Assembly: GCA_964016885.1 (NCBI GenBank) | Contig: OZ024742.1 | Coordinates: 377,394,001-377,458,000, forward strand | Origin: Eledone cirrhosa | Lineage: Eukaryota | Reading direction: 5' to 3' | Length of the DNA: 64,000 nt | In this document: in pieces, positions 36,801 to 54,830 of the stretch | Position numbering within the stretch: position 1 is the first letter of the stretch | Layout: every line of letters begins with the position of its first letter | Translations under genes and position numbers: made by a program | The notes under the pieces: generated by a model | Told to the model about the DNA's origin: nothing | What the model saw: only the letters and a program-made list of their open reading frames with translations | The model's database searches: none

Positions 36801-39400
36801 TATATTATATATCAACATAACTGTAACTATATATTATATTATATATCAACATAACTGTAACTATATATTATATATAAACTTAACTGTAACTAGATATAAT
36901 ATATCAACATAACTGTAACTATATATTATATTATATATCAACATAACTGTAACCATATATTATATTATATATCAACATAACTGTAACTATATATTATATA
37001 TCAACATAGCTGTAACTATATATTATATATCAACATAACTGTAACAATATATTATATTATATATCAACATAAATGTAACTATATATTATATATCAACTTA
37101 ACTGTAACTATATATTATATATCAACATAACTGTAACCATATATTATATTATATATCAACATAACTGTAACTATATATTATATTATATATCAACATAACT
37201 GTAACTATATATTATATATCAACATAACTGTAACTATATATTATATATCAACTTAACTGTAACTATATATTATATATCAAGATAACTGTAACTATATATT
37301 ATATTATATATCAACATAACTGTAACTATATATTATATTATATATCAACATAACTGTAAATATATATTAAATTATATATCAACATAACTGTATCTATATA
37401 TTATATATCAACATAACTGTAACTATATATTATATATCAACATAACTGTAACTATATATTATATTATATCAACATAACTGTAACTATATATTATATTATA
37501 TATCATCATAACTGTAACTATATATTATATTATATATCAACATAACTGTAACCATATATTATATATCAACATAATTGTAACTATATATTATATATCAACA
37601 TAACTGTAACTATATATTATATATCAACATAGCTGTAACTATATATTATATTATATATCAACATAACTGTAACTATATATTATATATCAACATAACTGTA
37701 ACTAAATATTATATATCAACATAATTCTAACTATATATTATATATCAACATAGCCGTAACTATATATTATATATCAAAATAACTGTAACTATATATTATA
37801 TATCAACTTAACTGTAACTACATATTATATATAAACATAACTGTAACTATATATTATATTATATATCAACATAACTGTAACTATATATTATATATCAACT
37901 TAACTGTAACTACATATTATATATAAACATAACTGTAACTATATATTATATTATATATCAACATAACTGTAACTATATATTATATATCAACATAACTGTA
38001 ACTATATATTATATATCCACATAGCTGTAACTATATATTATATATCAACATAACTGTAACTATATATTATATTATATATCAACATAACTGTAACGATATA
38101 TCATATATCAACTTAACTGTAACTATATATTATATATCAACATACCTGTAAATATATATTATATTATATATCAACATAACTGTAACTATATATTATATTA
38201 TATATCAACATAACTGTAACTATATATTATATATCAACATAACTGTAACTATATATTATATTATATATCATCATAACTGTGACTATATATTATATATCAA
38301 CATAACTGTAACTATATATTATATATCAACATAGCTGTAACTATATATTATATATCAACATAACTGTAACTATATATTATATTATATATCAACATAACTG
38401 TAACTATATATTATATATCAACTTAACTGTAACTATATATTATATATCAACATAACTGTAACTATATATTATATATATATATCAACATAACTGTATCTAT
38501 ATATTATATATGAACATAACTGTAACTATATATTATATTATATATCAACATAACTGTAACTATATATTATATATTAACATAACTGTAACTATATATTATA
38601 TATCAACATAACTGTAACTATATATTATATTATATATCAACATAACTGTAACTATATATTATATATCAACATAACTGTAACTAGATATAATATATCAACA
38701 TAACTGTAACTATATATTATTTTATATATCAACATAACTGTATCTATATATCATATTATATATCAACATAAATGTAACTATATATTATATATCAACATAA
38801 CTGTAACTATATATCATATATCAACATAACTGTAACTATATATTATATATCAACATAACTGTAACTATATATTATATATCATCATAACTGTAACCTTATA
38901 TTATATATCAACATAACTGTAACTATATATTATATATCAACATAACTGTAACTATATATTATATTATATATCAACATAACTGTAACTATATATTATATAT
39001 CAACATAACTGTAACTATATATTGTATTATATATCAACATAACTGTAACCATATATTATATATCAACATAACTGTAACGATATATTATATATCAACTTAA
39101 CTGTAACTATATATTATATTTCAACATAACTGTAACTATATATTATATTATATATCAAGCTAAGTGTAACTATTTATGATATTATATATCAACATAACTG
39201 TAACTATATATTATATATATCAACATAACTGTAACTATATATTATATATCAACATAACTGTAATTATATATTATATTATATATCAACATAACTGTAACTA
39301 TATATTATATATTAACATAACTGTAACTATATATTATATATCAACATAACTGTAACTATATATTATATATCAACATAACTGTAACTAGATATAATATATC
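27285..39400. repeat. About 6.1-kb higher-order tandem duplication (about 27.3-33.4 kb vs 33.4-39.4 kb)
   Basis: Colinear markers with offsets 6,114 (27820/33934, 28101/34215), 6,322-6,323 (29622/35944, 30152/36475), 6,260 (31101/37361, 32021/38281) and 6,037 (32857/38894, 33121/39158). Confidence 0.87.
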
Positions 39401-42400
39401 AACATAACTGTAACTATATATTATATTATATACCAACATAACTGTAACTATATATTATATTATATATCAACATAACTGTAACTATATATTATATATCAAC
39501 ATAAGTGTAACTATATATTATATTATATATCAACATAACTGTAACTATATATTATATTATATATCAACATAACTGTACCTATATATTATATTATATATCA
39601 ACATAACTGTAACCATATATTATATATCAACATAACTGTAACTATATATTATATATCAACATAACTGTAACTATATATTATATATTAACATAACTGTAAC
39701 TATATATTATATATTAACATAACTGTAACTATATATTATATATCAACATAACTGTACCTATTATTATATTATATATCAACATAACTGTAACCATATATTA
39801 TATATCAACATAACTGTAACTATATATTATATATCAACATAACTGTAACTATATATTATATATTAACATAACTGTAACTATATATTATATATCAACATAG
39901 CTGTAACTATATATTATATATCAAAATAACTGTAACTATATGTTATATTATATATCAACATAAATGTAACTATATATTATATATCAACTTAACTGTAACT
40001 ACATATTATATATCAACATAACTGTAACTATATATTATATATCATCATAACTGTAACAATATATTATATATCAACATAGCTGTAACAATATATTATATAT
40101 CAACATAACTGTAACTATATATTATATTGTATATCAACATAACTGTAACTATATATTATATTATATATCAACATAACTGTAACTATATATTATATATAAA
40201 CATAACTGTAACTAGATATAATATATCAACATAACTGTAACTATATATTATATTATATATCAACATAACTGTAACTATATATTATATTATATATCAACAT
40301 AACTGTAACTATATATTATATTATATATCAACATAACTGTAACTAAATATTATATATCAACATAACTGTAACTATATATTATATATCAAAATAACTGTAA
40401 CTATATATTATATTATATATCAACATAACTATAACTATATATTATATATCAACTTAACTGTAACTACATATTATATATCAACATAACTGTAACTATATAT
40501 TATATTATATATCAACATAACTGTAACTATATATTATATATCAACATAACTGCAACTATATATTATATATCAACATAGCTGTAACTATATATTAAATATC
40601 AACATAAATGTAACAATATATTATATTCTATATCAACATAACTGTAACTATATATTATATATCAACTTAACTGTAACTATATATTATATATCAAAATAAC
40701 TGTAACTATATATTATATTATATATCAACATAACTGTAATTCTATATTATATTATATATCAACATAACTGTAACTATTTATTATATATCAACATAACTGT
40801 AACTATATATTATATATCGACATAACTGTAACTATATACTATATTATATATCAACATAACTGTAACTATATATTATATATCAACATAACTGTAACTATAT
40901 ATTACATATCAATATAGCTGTAACTATATATTATATATCAACGTAACTGTAACTATATATTATATATCAACATAACTGTAACTATATATTATATATCAAC
41001 ATCACTGTTACTATATATTATATTATATATCACCATAACTGTAACTATATATTATATTATATATCAACATAACTGTAACTATATAATATATATTAACATA
41101 ACTGTACCTATATATTATATATCAACATAACTGTAACTATATATTATATTATATATCATCATAACTGTAACTATATATTATATATCAACATAACTGTAAC
41201 TATATATTATATATCAACATAGCTGTAACTATATATTATATATCAAAATAACTGTAACTATATATTATATATCAACATAACTGTAACTATATATTATATT
41301 ATATATCAACATAACTGTAACTATATACTATATTATATATCAACATAACTGTAACTATATATTATATATCAACATAACTGTAACTATATATTATATATCA
41401 ACATAACTGTAACTATATATTATATATCAACATAACTGTAACCATATATTATATATTAACATAAGTGTAACTATGTATTATATATCAACTAACTGTAATT
41501 ATATATTATATTATATATCCACCTAATTGTAACTATATATAATATTATATATCAACATAACTGTAACTATATATTATATATATATATCAACATAACTGTA
41601 ACTATATATTATATATGAACATAGTTGTAACTATATATTATATTATATATCAACATAACTGTAACTATATATTATATATTAACATAACTGTAACTATATA
41701 TTTTATATCAACATAACTGTAACTATATATTATATTATATATCAACATAACTGTAACTATATATTATATATCAACATAACTGTAACTAGATATAATATAT
41801 CAACATAACTGTAACTATATATTATATTATATATCAACATAAATGTAAATATATATTATATATCAACATAACTGTAACTATATATCATATATCAACATAA
41901 CTGTAACTATATATTATATATCAACATAACTGTAACTATATATTATATATCATCATAACTGTAACCATATATTTTATATCAACTTAACTGTAACTATATA
42001 TTATATATCAACATAACTGTAACTATATATTATATTATATATCAACATAACTGTAACTATATATTATATATCAACATAACTGTAACTATATATTGTATTA
42101 TATATCAACATAACTGTAACCATATATTATATATTAACATAACTGTAACTATATATTATATATCAACATAAGTGTAACTATATATTATATTATATATCAA
42201 CATAACTGTAAATATATATTATATTATATATCAACATAACTGTACCTATATATTATATTATATATCAACATAACTGTTACCATATATTATATATCAACAT
42301 AATTGTAACTATATATTATATATCAACATAACTGTAACTATATATTATATATCAACATAACTGTACCTATATATTATATTATATATCAACATAACTGTAA

Positions 42401-45400
42401 CCATACATTATATATCAACATAACTGTAACTATATATTATATATCAACATAACTGTAACTATATATTATATATCAAAATAACTGTAACTATATATTATAT
42501 TATATATCAACATAACTGTAACTATATATTATATTATATATCAACATAACCTTAACTAAATATTATATATCAACATAACTGTAACTATATATTATATATC
42601 AAAATAACTGTAACTATATATTATATTATATATCAACATAACTGTAACTATATATTATATATCAACTTAACTGTAACTACATATTATATATCAACATAAC
42701 TGTAACTATATATTATATTATATATCAACATAACTGTAACTATATATTATATATCAACATAACTGCAACTATATATTATATATCAACATAGCTGTAACTA
42801 TATATTAAATATCAACATAAATGTAACAATATATTATATTCTATATCAACATAACTGTAACCATATATTTTATATCAACTTAACTGTAACTATATATTAT
42901 ATATCAACATAACTGTAACTATATATTATATCATATATCAACATAACTGTAACTATATATTATATATCAACATAACTGTAACTATATATTGTATTATAGA
43001 TCAACATAACTGTAACCATATATTATATATTAACATAACTGTAACTATATATTATATATCAAAATAACTGTAACTATATATTATATTATATATCAACATA
43101 ACTGGAACTATATATTATATTATATATCAACATAACTGTAACTATATATTATATATCAACATAACTGTAACTATATATTATATATTAACATAACTGTAAC
43201 TATATATTATATATCAACATAACTGTAACTATATATTATATATCAACATAACTGTAACTATATTTTACATATCAATATAGCTGTAACTATATATTATGTT
43301 TCAACTTAACTGTAACTATATATTATATATCAACATAACGGTAACTATATATTATATTATATATCAACATAACTGTTACTATATATTATATTGTATATCA
43401 ACATAACTGTAACTATATATTATATTATATATCAACATAACTGTAACTATATATTATATATCAACTTAACTGTAACTATATATTATATATCAACATAACT
43501 GTAACTATATATTATATTATATATCAACATAACTGTAACTATGTACTATATTATATATCAACATAACTGTAACTATATATTATATATCAACATAACTGTA
43601 CCTATATATTATATATCAACATAACTGTAACTAGATATAATATATCAACATAACTGTAACTATATATTATATTATATATCAACATAACTGTAACTATATA
43701 TTATATTGTATATCAACATAACTGTAACTATATATTATATTATGTATCAACATAACTGTAACTATATATTATATATAAACATAACTGTAACTAGATATAA
43801 TATATCAACATAACTGTAACTATATATTATATTATATATCAACATAACTGTAACTATATATTATATTATATATCAACATAACTATAACTATATATTATAT
43901 ATCAACTTAACTGTAACTACATATTATATATCAACATAACTGTAACTATATATTCTATTATATATCAACATAACTGTAACTATATATTATATATCAACAT
44001 AACTGCAACTATATATTATATATCAACATAGCTGTAACTATATATTAAATATCAACATAAATGTAACAATATATTATATTCTATATCAACATAACTGTAA
44101 CTATATATTATATATCAACTTAACTGTAACTATATATTATATATCAAAATAACTGTAACTATATATTATATTATATATCAACATAACTGTAACTATATAT
44201 TATATTATATATCAACATAACTGTAACTATATATTATATTATATATCAACATAACTGTAACTATATATTATATATCAACATAACTGTAACTATATATTAT
44301 ATATCAACATAACTGTAACTATATATTATATATCAACATAGCTGTACCTATATATTATATTATATATCAACATAACTGTAACCATATATTATATATCAAC
44401 ATAATTGTAACTATATATTATATATACACATAACTGTAACTATATATTATATATCAACATAACTGTACCTATATATTATATTATATATCAACATAACTGT
44501 AACCATACATTATATATCAACATAACTGTAACTATATATTATATATCAACATAACTGTAACTATATATTATATATCAACATAACTGTAACTATATATTAT
44601 ATTATATATCAACATAACTGTAACTAAATATTATATATCAACATAACTGTAACTATATATTATATATCAACATAGCTGTAACTATATATTATATATCAAA
44701 ATAACTGTAACTATATGTTATATTATATATCAACATAAATGTAACTATATATTATATATCAACTTAACTGTAACTACATATTATATATCAACATAACTGT
44801 AACTATATATTATATTATATATCAACATAACTGTAACTATATATTATATATCATCATAACTGTAACTATATATTATATATCAACATAGCTGTAACAATAT
44901 ATTATATATCAACATAACTGTAACTATATATTATATTGCATATCAACATAACTGTAACTATATATTATATTATATATCAAAATAACTGTAACTATATATT
45001 ATATATAAACATAACTGTAACTAGATATAATATATCAACATAACTGTAACTATATATTATATTATATATCAACATAACTGTAACTATATATTATATTATA
45101 TATCAACATAACTAACTAAATATTATATATCAACATAACTGTAACTATATATTATATATCAAAATAACTGTAAGTATATATTATATTATATATCAACATA
45201 ACTGTAACTATATATTATATATCAACTTAACTGTAACTACATATTATATATCAACATAACTGTAACTATATATTATATTATATATCAACATAACTGTAAC
45301 TATATATTATATATCAACATAACTGCAACTATATATTATATATCAACAAAGCTGTAACTATATATTAAATATCAACATAAATGTAACAATATATTATATT

Positions 45401-46749
45401 CTATATCAACATAACTGTAACCATATATTTTATATCAACTTAACTGTAACTATATATTATATATCAACATAACTGTAACTATATATTATATTATATATCA
45501 ACATAACTGTAACTATATATTATATATCAACATAACTGTAACTATATATTGTATTATATATCAACATAACTGTAACCATATATTACATATTAACATAACT
45601 GTAACTATATATTATATATCAAAATAACTGTAACTATATATTATATTATATATCAACATGACTGTGACTATATATTATATTATATATCAACATAACTGTA
45701 ACTAAATATTATATATCAACATAACTGTAACTATATATTATATATCAACATAACTGTAACTATATATTATATTATATATCAACATAACTGTAACTATATA
45801 TTATATATCAACATAACTGTAACTATATATTATATTATATATCAACATAACTGTAACCATACATTATATATCAACATAACTGTAACTATATATTATATAT
45901 CAACATAACTGTAACTATATATTATTTATTAACATAACTGTAACTATATATTATATCATATATCAACATAACTGTAACTAAATATTATATATCAACATAA
46001 CTGTAACTATATATTATATATCAACATAGCTGTAACTATATATTATATATCAAAATAACTGTAACTATATGTTATATTATATATCAACATAAATGTAACT
46101 ATATATTATATATCAACTTAACTGTAACTACATATTATATATCAACATAACTGTAACTATATATTATATTATATATCAACATAACTGTAACTATATATTA
46201 TATATCATCATAACTGTAACTATATATTATATATCAACATAGCTGTAACAATATATTATAGATCAACATAACTGTAACTATATATTATATTGTATATCAA
46301 CATAACTGTAACTATATATTATATATCAACTTAACTGTAACTACATATTATATATAAACATAACTGTAACTATATATTATATTATATATCAACATAACTG
46401 TAACTATATATTATATATCAACATAACTGTAACTATATATTATATATCCACATAGCTGTAACTATATATTATATATCAACATAACTGTAACTATACATTA
46501 TATTATATATCAACATAACTGTAACGATATATCATATATCAACTTAACTGTAACTATATATTATATATCAACATACCTGTAAATATATATTATATTATAT
46601 ATCAACATAACTGTAACTATATATTATATTATATTATATATCAACATAACTGTAACTATATATTATATATCAACATAACTGTAACTATATATTATATTAT
46701 ATATCATCATAACTGTAACTATATATTATATATCAACATAACTGTAACT

Positions 46750-49700
46750 ATATATTATATATCAACATAACTGTAACTATATATTATATTATATATCAAC
46801 ATAACTGTAACTATATACTATATATCAACATAACTGTAACTATATTTTATATTATATATCAACATAACTGTAACTATGTATTATATATCAACTTAACAGT
46901 AACTATATAATATATATCAACATAACTGCACCTGTATATTATATTATATATCAACATAACTGTAACTATATATTATATATATATATCAACATAACTGTAA
47001 CTATATATTATATATGAACATAACTGTAACTATATATTATATTATATATCAACAAAACTGTAACTATATATTATATATTAACATAACTGTAACTATATAT
47101 TATATATCAACATAACTGTAACTATATATTATATTATATATCAACATAACTGTAACTATATATTATATATCAACATAACTGTAACTAGATATAATATATC
47201 AACATAACTGTAACTATATATTATATTATATATCAACATAACTGTATCTATATATCATATCATATTATATATCAACATAAATGTAACTATATATTATATA
47301 TCAACATAACTGTAACTATATATCATAAATCAACATAACTGTAACTATATATTATATATCAACATAACTGTAACTATATATTATATATCAACATAACTGT
47401 AACTATATATTATATTATATATCAACATAACTGTAACTATATATTATATATCAACATAACTGTAACTATATATTGTATTATATATCAACATAACTGTAAC
47501 CATATATTATATATCAACATAACTGTAACGATATATTATATATCAACTTAACTGAAACTATATATTATATATCAACATAACTGTAACTATATATTATATT
47601 ATATATCAACCTAATTGTAACTATTTATGATATTATATATCAACATAACTGTAACTATATATTATATATATCAACATAACTGTAACTATATATTATATAT
47701 CAACATAACTGTAATTATATATTATATTATATATCAACATAACTGTAACTATATATTATATATTAACATAACTGTAACTATATATTATATATCAACATAA
47801 CTGTAATTATATATTATATTATATATCAACATAACTGTAACTATATATTATATTATATACCAACATAACTGTAACTATATATTATATTATATATCAACAT
47901 AACTGTAACTATATATTATATATCAACATAACTGTAACTATATATTATATATCAACATAAGTGTAACTATATATTATATTATATTATATATCAACATAAC
48001 TGTAACTATATATTATATTATATATCAACATAACTGTACCTATATATTATATTATATATCAACATAACTGTAACCATATATTATATATCAACATAATTGT
48101 AACTATATATTATATACCAACATAACTGTAACTATATATTATATATCAACATAACTATACCTATATATTATATTATATATCAACATAACTGTAACCATAT
48201 ATTATATATCAACATAACTGTAACTATATATTATATATCAACATAACTGTAACTATATATTATATATTAACATAACTGTAACTATATATTATATTATATA
48301 TCAACATAACTGTAACTAAATATTATATATCAACATAACTGTAACTATATATTATATATCAACATAGCTGTAACTATATATTATATATCAAAATAACTGT
48401 AACTATATGTTATATTATATATCAACATAAATGTAACTATATAATATATATCAACTTAACTGTAACTACATATTATATATCAACATAACTGTAACTATAT
48501 ATTATATATCAACTTAACTGTAACTATATATTATATATCAACATAACTGTAACTATATATTATATTATATATCAACATAACTGTAACTATATACTATATA
48601 TCAACATAACTGTAACTATATATTATATTATATATCAACATAACTGTAACTATATATTACATTATATATCAACATAACTGTAACTATGTATTATATATCA
48701 ACTTAACAGTAACTATATAATATATATCAACATAACTGCACCTGTATATTATATTCTATATCAACATAACTGTAACTATATATTATATATATATATCAAC
48801 ATAACTGTAACTATATATTATATATGAACATAACTGTAACTATATATTATATTATATATCAACAAAACTGTAACTATATATTATATATTAACATAACTGT
48901 AACTATATATTATATATCAACATAACTGTAACTATATATTATATTATATATCAACATAACTGTAACTATATATTATATATTAACATAACTGTAACTAGAT
49001 ATAATATATCAACATAACTGTAACTATATATTATATTATATATCAACATAACTGTATCTATATATCATATTATATACCAACATAAATGTAACTATATATT
49101 ATATATCAACATAACTGTAACTATATATCATATATCAACATAACTGTAACTATATATTATATATCAACATAACTGTAACTATATATTATATATCAACATA
49201 ACTGTAACTATATATTATATTATATATCAACATAACTGTAACGATATATTATATATCAACATAACTGTAACTATATATTGTATTATATATCAACATAACT
49301 GTAACCATATATTATATATCAACATAACTGTAACGATATATTATATATCAACTTAACTGTAACTATATATTATATATCAACATAACTGTAACTATATATT
49401 ATATTATATATCAACCTAATTGTAACTATTTATGATATTATATATGAACATAACTGTAACTATATATTATATATATCAACATAACTGTAACTATATATTA
49501 TATATCAACATAACTGTAATTATATATTATATTATATATCAACATAACTGTAACTATATATTATATATTAATATAACTGTAACTATATATTATATATCAA
49601 CATAACTGTAACTAGATATAATATATCAACATAACTGTAACTATATATTATATTATATACCAACATAACTGTAACTATATATTATATTATATATCAACAT

Positions 49701-49900
49701 AACTGTAACTATATATTATATATCAACATAAGTGTAACTATATATTATATTATATTATATATCAACATAACTGTAACTATATATTATATTATATATCAAC
49801 ATAACTGTACCTATATATTATATTATATATCAACATAACTGTAACCATATATTATATATCAACATAATTGTAACTATATATTATATATCAACATAACTGT
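46750..49900. repeat. About 1,810-bp offset duplication
   Basis: CATAACTGCACC 46921/48731; AACAAAACTG 47051/48861; CTAATTGTAACTATTTATG 47611/49416 (+1,805). Confidence 0.83.
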
Positions 49901-51059
49901 AACTATATATTATATATCAACATAGCTGTAACTATATATTATATATCAACATAACTGTAACTATATATTATATTATATATCAACATAACTGTAACTATAT
50001 ATTATATATCAACTTAACTGTAACTATATATTATATATCAACATAACTGTAACTATATATTATATTATATATCAACTTAACTGTAACTATATATTATATA
50101 TCAAAATAACTGTAACTATATATTATATTATATATCAACATAACTGTAACTATATATTATATTATATATCAACATAACTGTAACTATATATTATATATCA
50201 ACATAACTGTAACTATATATTATATATCGACATAACTGTAACTATATGTTATATTATATATCAACATAACTGTAACTATATATTATATATCAACATAACT
50301 GTAACTATATATTACATATCAATATAGCTGTAACTATATATTATATATCAACTTAACTGTAACTATATATTATATATCAACATAACTGTAACTATATATT
50401 ATATTATATATCAACATAACTGTTACTATATATTATATTATATATCAACATAACTGTAACTATATATTATATTATATATCAACATAACTGTAACTATATA
50501 TTATATATCAACATAACTGTACCTATATATTATATATCAACATAACTGTAACTATATATTATATTATATATCATCATAACTGTAACTATATATTATATAT
50601 CAACATAACTGTAACTATATATGATATATCAACATAGCTGTAACTATATATTATATATCAACATAACTGTAACTATATATTATATATCAACATAGCTGTA
50701 ACTATATATTATATTATATATCAACATAACTGTAACTATATACTATATTATATATCAACATAACTGTAACTATATATTATATATCAACATAACTGTAACT
50801 ATATATTATATATCAACATAACTGTAACTATATATTATATATCAACATAACTGTAACCATATATTATATATTAACATAAGTGTAACTATGTATTATATAT
50901 CAACTTAACAGTAACTATATATTATATTATATATCAACATAACTGTAACTATATATTATATTATATATCAACATAACTGCAACTGTATATTATATTATAT
51001 ATCAACATAACTGTAACTATATATTATATATCAACATTATTGTAACTATATATTATATA

Positions 51060-54000
51060 TAAACATAACTGTAACTATATATTATATTATATATCCACAT
51101 AACTGTAACTATATATTATATTATATATCAACATAACAGTAACCATATATTATATATCAACATAATTGTAACGATATATTATATATCAACTTAACTGTAA
51201 CTATATATTATATATCAACATAACTGTAACTATATATTATATTATATATCAACCTAATTGTAACTATTTATGATATTATATATCAACATAACTGTAACTA
51301 TATATTATATATATCAACATAACTGTAACTATATATTATATATCAACATAACTGTAATTATATATTATATTATATATCAACATAACTGTAACTATATATT
51401 ATATATTAACATAACTGTAACTATATATTATATATCAACATAACTGTAATTATATATTATATTATATATCAACATAACTGTAACTATATATTATATATCA
51501 ACATAACTGTAACTAGATATAATATATCAACATAACTGTAACTATATATTATATTATATACCAACATAACTGTAACTATATATTATATTATATATCAACA
51601 TAACTGTAACTATATATTATATATCAACATAAGTGTAACTATATATTATATTATATATCAACATAACTGTAAATATATATTATATTATATATCAACATAA
51701 CTGTACCTATATATTATATTATATATCAACATAACTGTAACCATATATTATATATCAACATAATTGTAACTATATATTATATATCAACATAACTGTAACT
51801 ATATATTATATATCAACATAACTGTACCTATATATTATATTATGTATCAACATAACTGTAACCATATATTATATATCAACATAACTGTAACTATATATTA
51901 TATATCAACATAACTGTAACTATATATTATATATTAACATAACTGTAACTATATATTATATTATATATCAACATAACTGTAACTAAATATTATATATCAA
52001 CATAACTGTAACTATATATTATATATCAACATAACTGTAACTATATATTATATATTAACATAACTGTAACTATATATTATATTATATATCAACATAAATG
52101 TAACTATATATTATATATCAACTTAACTGTAACTACATATTATATATCAACATAACTGTAACTATATATTATATTATATATCAACATAACTGTAACTATA
52201 TATTATATATCATCATAACTGTAACTATATATTATATATCAACATAGGTGTTACAATATATTATATACCAACATAACTGTAACTATATATTATATTGTAT
52301 ATCAACATAACTGTAACTATATATTATATTATATATCAACATAACTGTAACTAGATATAATATATCAACATAACTGTAACTATATATTATATTACATATC
52401 AACATAACTGTAACTATATATTATATTATATATCAACATAACTGTAACTAAATATTATATATCAACATAACTGTAACTATATATTATATATCAAAATAAC
52501 TGTGACATTATATTATATTATATATCAACATAACTGTAACTATATATTATATATCAACATAACTGCAACTATATATTATATATCAACATAGCTGTAACTA
52601 TATATTAAATATCAACATAAATGTAACAATATATTATATTCTATATCAACATAACTGTAACTATATATTATATATCAACTTAACTGTAACTATATATTAT
52701 ATATCAAAATAACTGTAACTATATATTATATTATATATCAACATAACTGTAACTATATATTATATTATATATCAACATAACTGTAACTATATATTATATA
52801 TCAACATAACTGTAACTATATATTATATATCGACATAACTGTAACTATATATTATAATATATAAACATAACTGTAACCATATATTATATATCAACATAAC
52901 TGTAACTATATATTACATATCAATATAGCTGTAACTATATATTATATATCAACTTAAATGTAACTATATATTATATATCAACATAACTGTAACTATATAT
53001 TATATTATATATCAACATAACTGTGACTATATATTATATTATATATCAACATAACTGTAACTATATATTATATTATATATCAACATAACTGTAACTATAT
53101 ATTATATATCAACATAACTGTACCTATATATTATATATCAACATAACTGTAACTATATATTATATTATATATCATCATAACTGTAACTATATATTATATA
53201 TCAACATAACTGTAACTATATATTATATTATATATCCACATAACTGTAACTATATATTATATTATATATCAACATAACAGTAACCATATATTATATATCA
53301 ACATAATTGTAACGATATATTATATATCAACTTAACTGTAACTATATATTATATATCAACATAACTGTAACTATATATTATATTATATATCAACCTAATT
53401 GTAACTATTTATGATATTATATATCAACATAACTGTAACTATATATTATATATATCAACATAACTGTAACTATATATTATATTATATATCAATCTAATTG
53501 TAACTATTTATGATATTATATATCAACATAACTGTAACTATATATTATATATATCAACATAACTGTAAATATATATTATATATCAACATAACTGTAATTA
53601 TATATTATATTATATATCAACATAAATGTAACTATATATTATATATTAACATAACTGTAACTATATATTATATATCAACATAACTGTAATTATATATTAT
53701 ATTATATATCAACATAACTGTAACTATATATTATATATCAACATAACTGTAACTAGATATAATATATCAACATAACTGTAACTATATATTATATTATATA
53801 CCAACATAACTGTAACTATATATTATATTATATATCAACATAACTGTAACTATATATTATATATCAACATAAGTGTAACTATATATTATATTATATATCA
53901 ACATAACTGTAACTATATATTATATTATATATCAACATAACTGTACCTATATATTATATTATATATCAACATAACTGTAACCATATATTATATATCAACA

Positions 54001-54830
54001 TAATTGTAACTATATATTATATATCAACATAACTGTAACTATATATTATATATCAACATAACTGTACCTATATATTATATTATGTATCAACATAACTGTA
54101 ACCATATATTATATATCAACATAACTGTAACTATATATTATATATTAACATAACTGTAACTATATATTATATTATATATCAACATAACTGTAACTAAATA
54201 TTATATATCAACATAACTGTAACTATATATTATATATCAACATAGCTGTAACTATATATTATATATCAAAATAACTGTATCTATATGTTATATTATATAT
54301 CAACATAAATGTAACTATATATTATATATCAACTTAACTGTAACTACATATTATATATCAACATAACTGTAACTATATATTATATTATATATCAACATAA
54401 CTGTAACTATATATTATATATCATCATAACTGTAACTATATATTATATATCAACATAGGTGTAACAATATATTATATATCAACATAACTGTAACTATATA
54501 TTATATTGTATATCAACATAACTGTAACTATATATTATATTATATATCAACATAACTGTAACTATATATTATATATAAACATAACTGTAACTAGATATAA
54601 TATATCAACATAACTGTAACTATATATTATATTACATATCAACATAACTGTAACTATATATTATATTATATATCAACATAACTGTAACTAAATATTATAT
54701 ATCAACATAACTGTAACTATATATTATATATCAAAATAACTGTGACTATATATTATATTATATATCAACATAACTGTAACTATATATTATATATCAACAT
54801 AACTGCAACTATATATTATATTATATATCA
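51060..54830. repeat. About 2.1-2.2-kb offset duplication
   Basis: CAGTAACC 51137/53278 (+2,141); TATGTATCAA 51841/54081 (+2,240); AACATAGG 52241/54452 (+2,211); TGTGAC 52501/54741 (+2,240). Confidence 0.83.
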
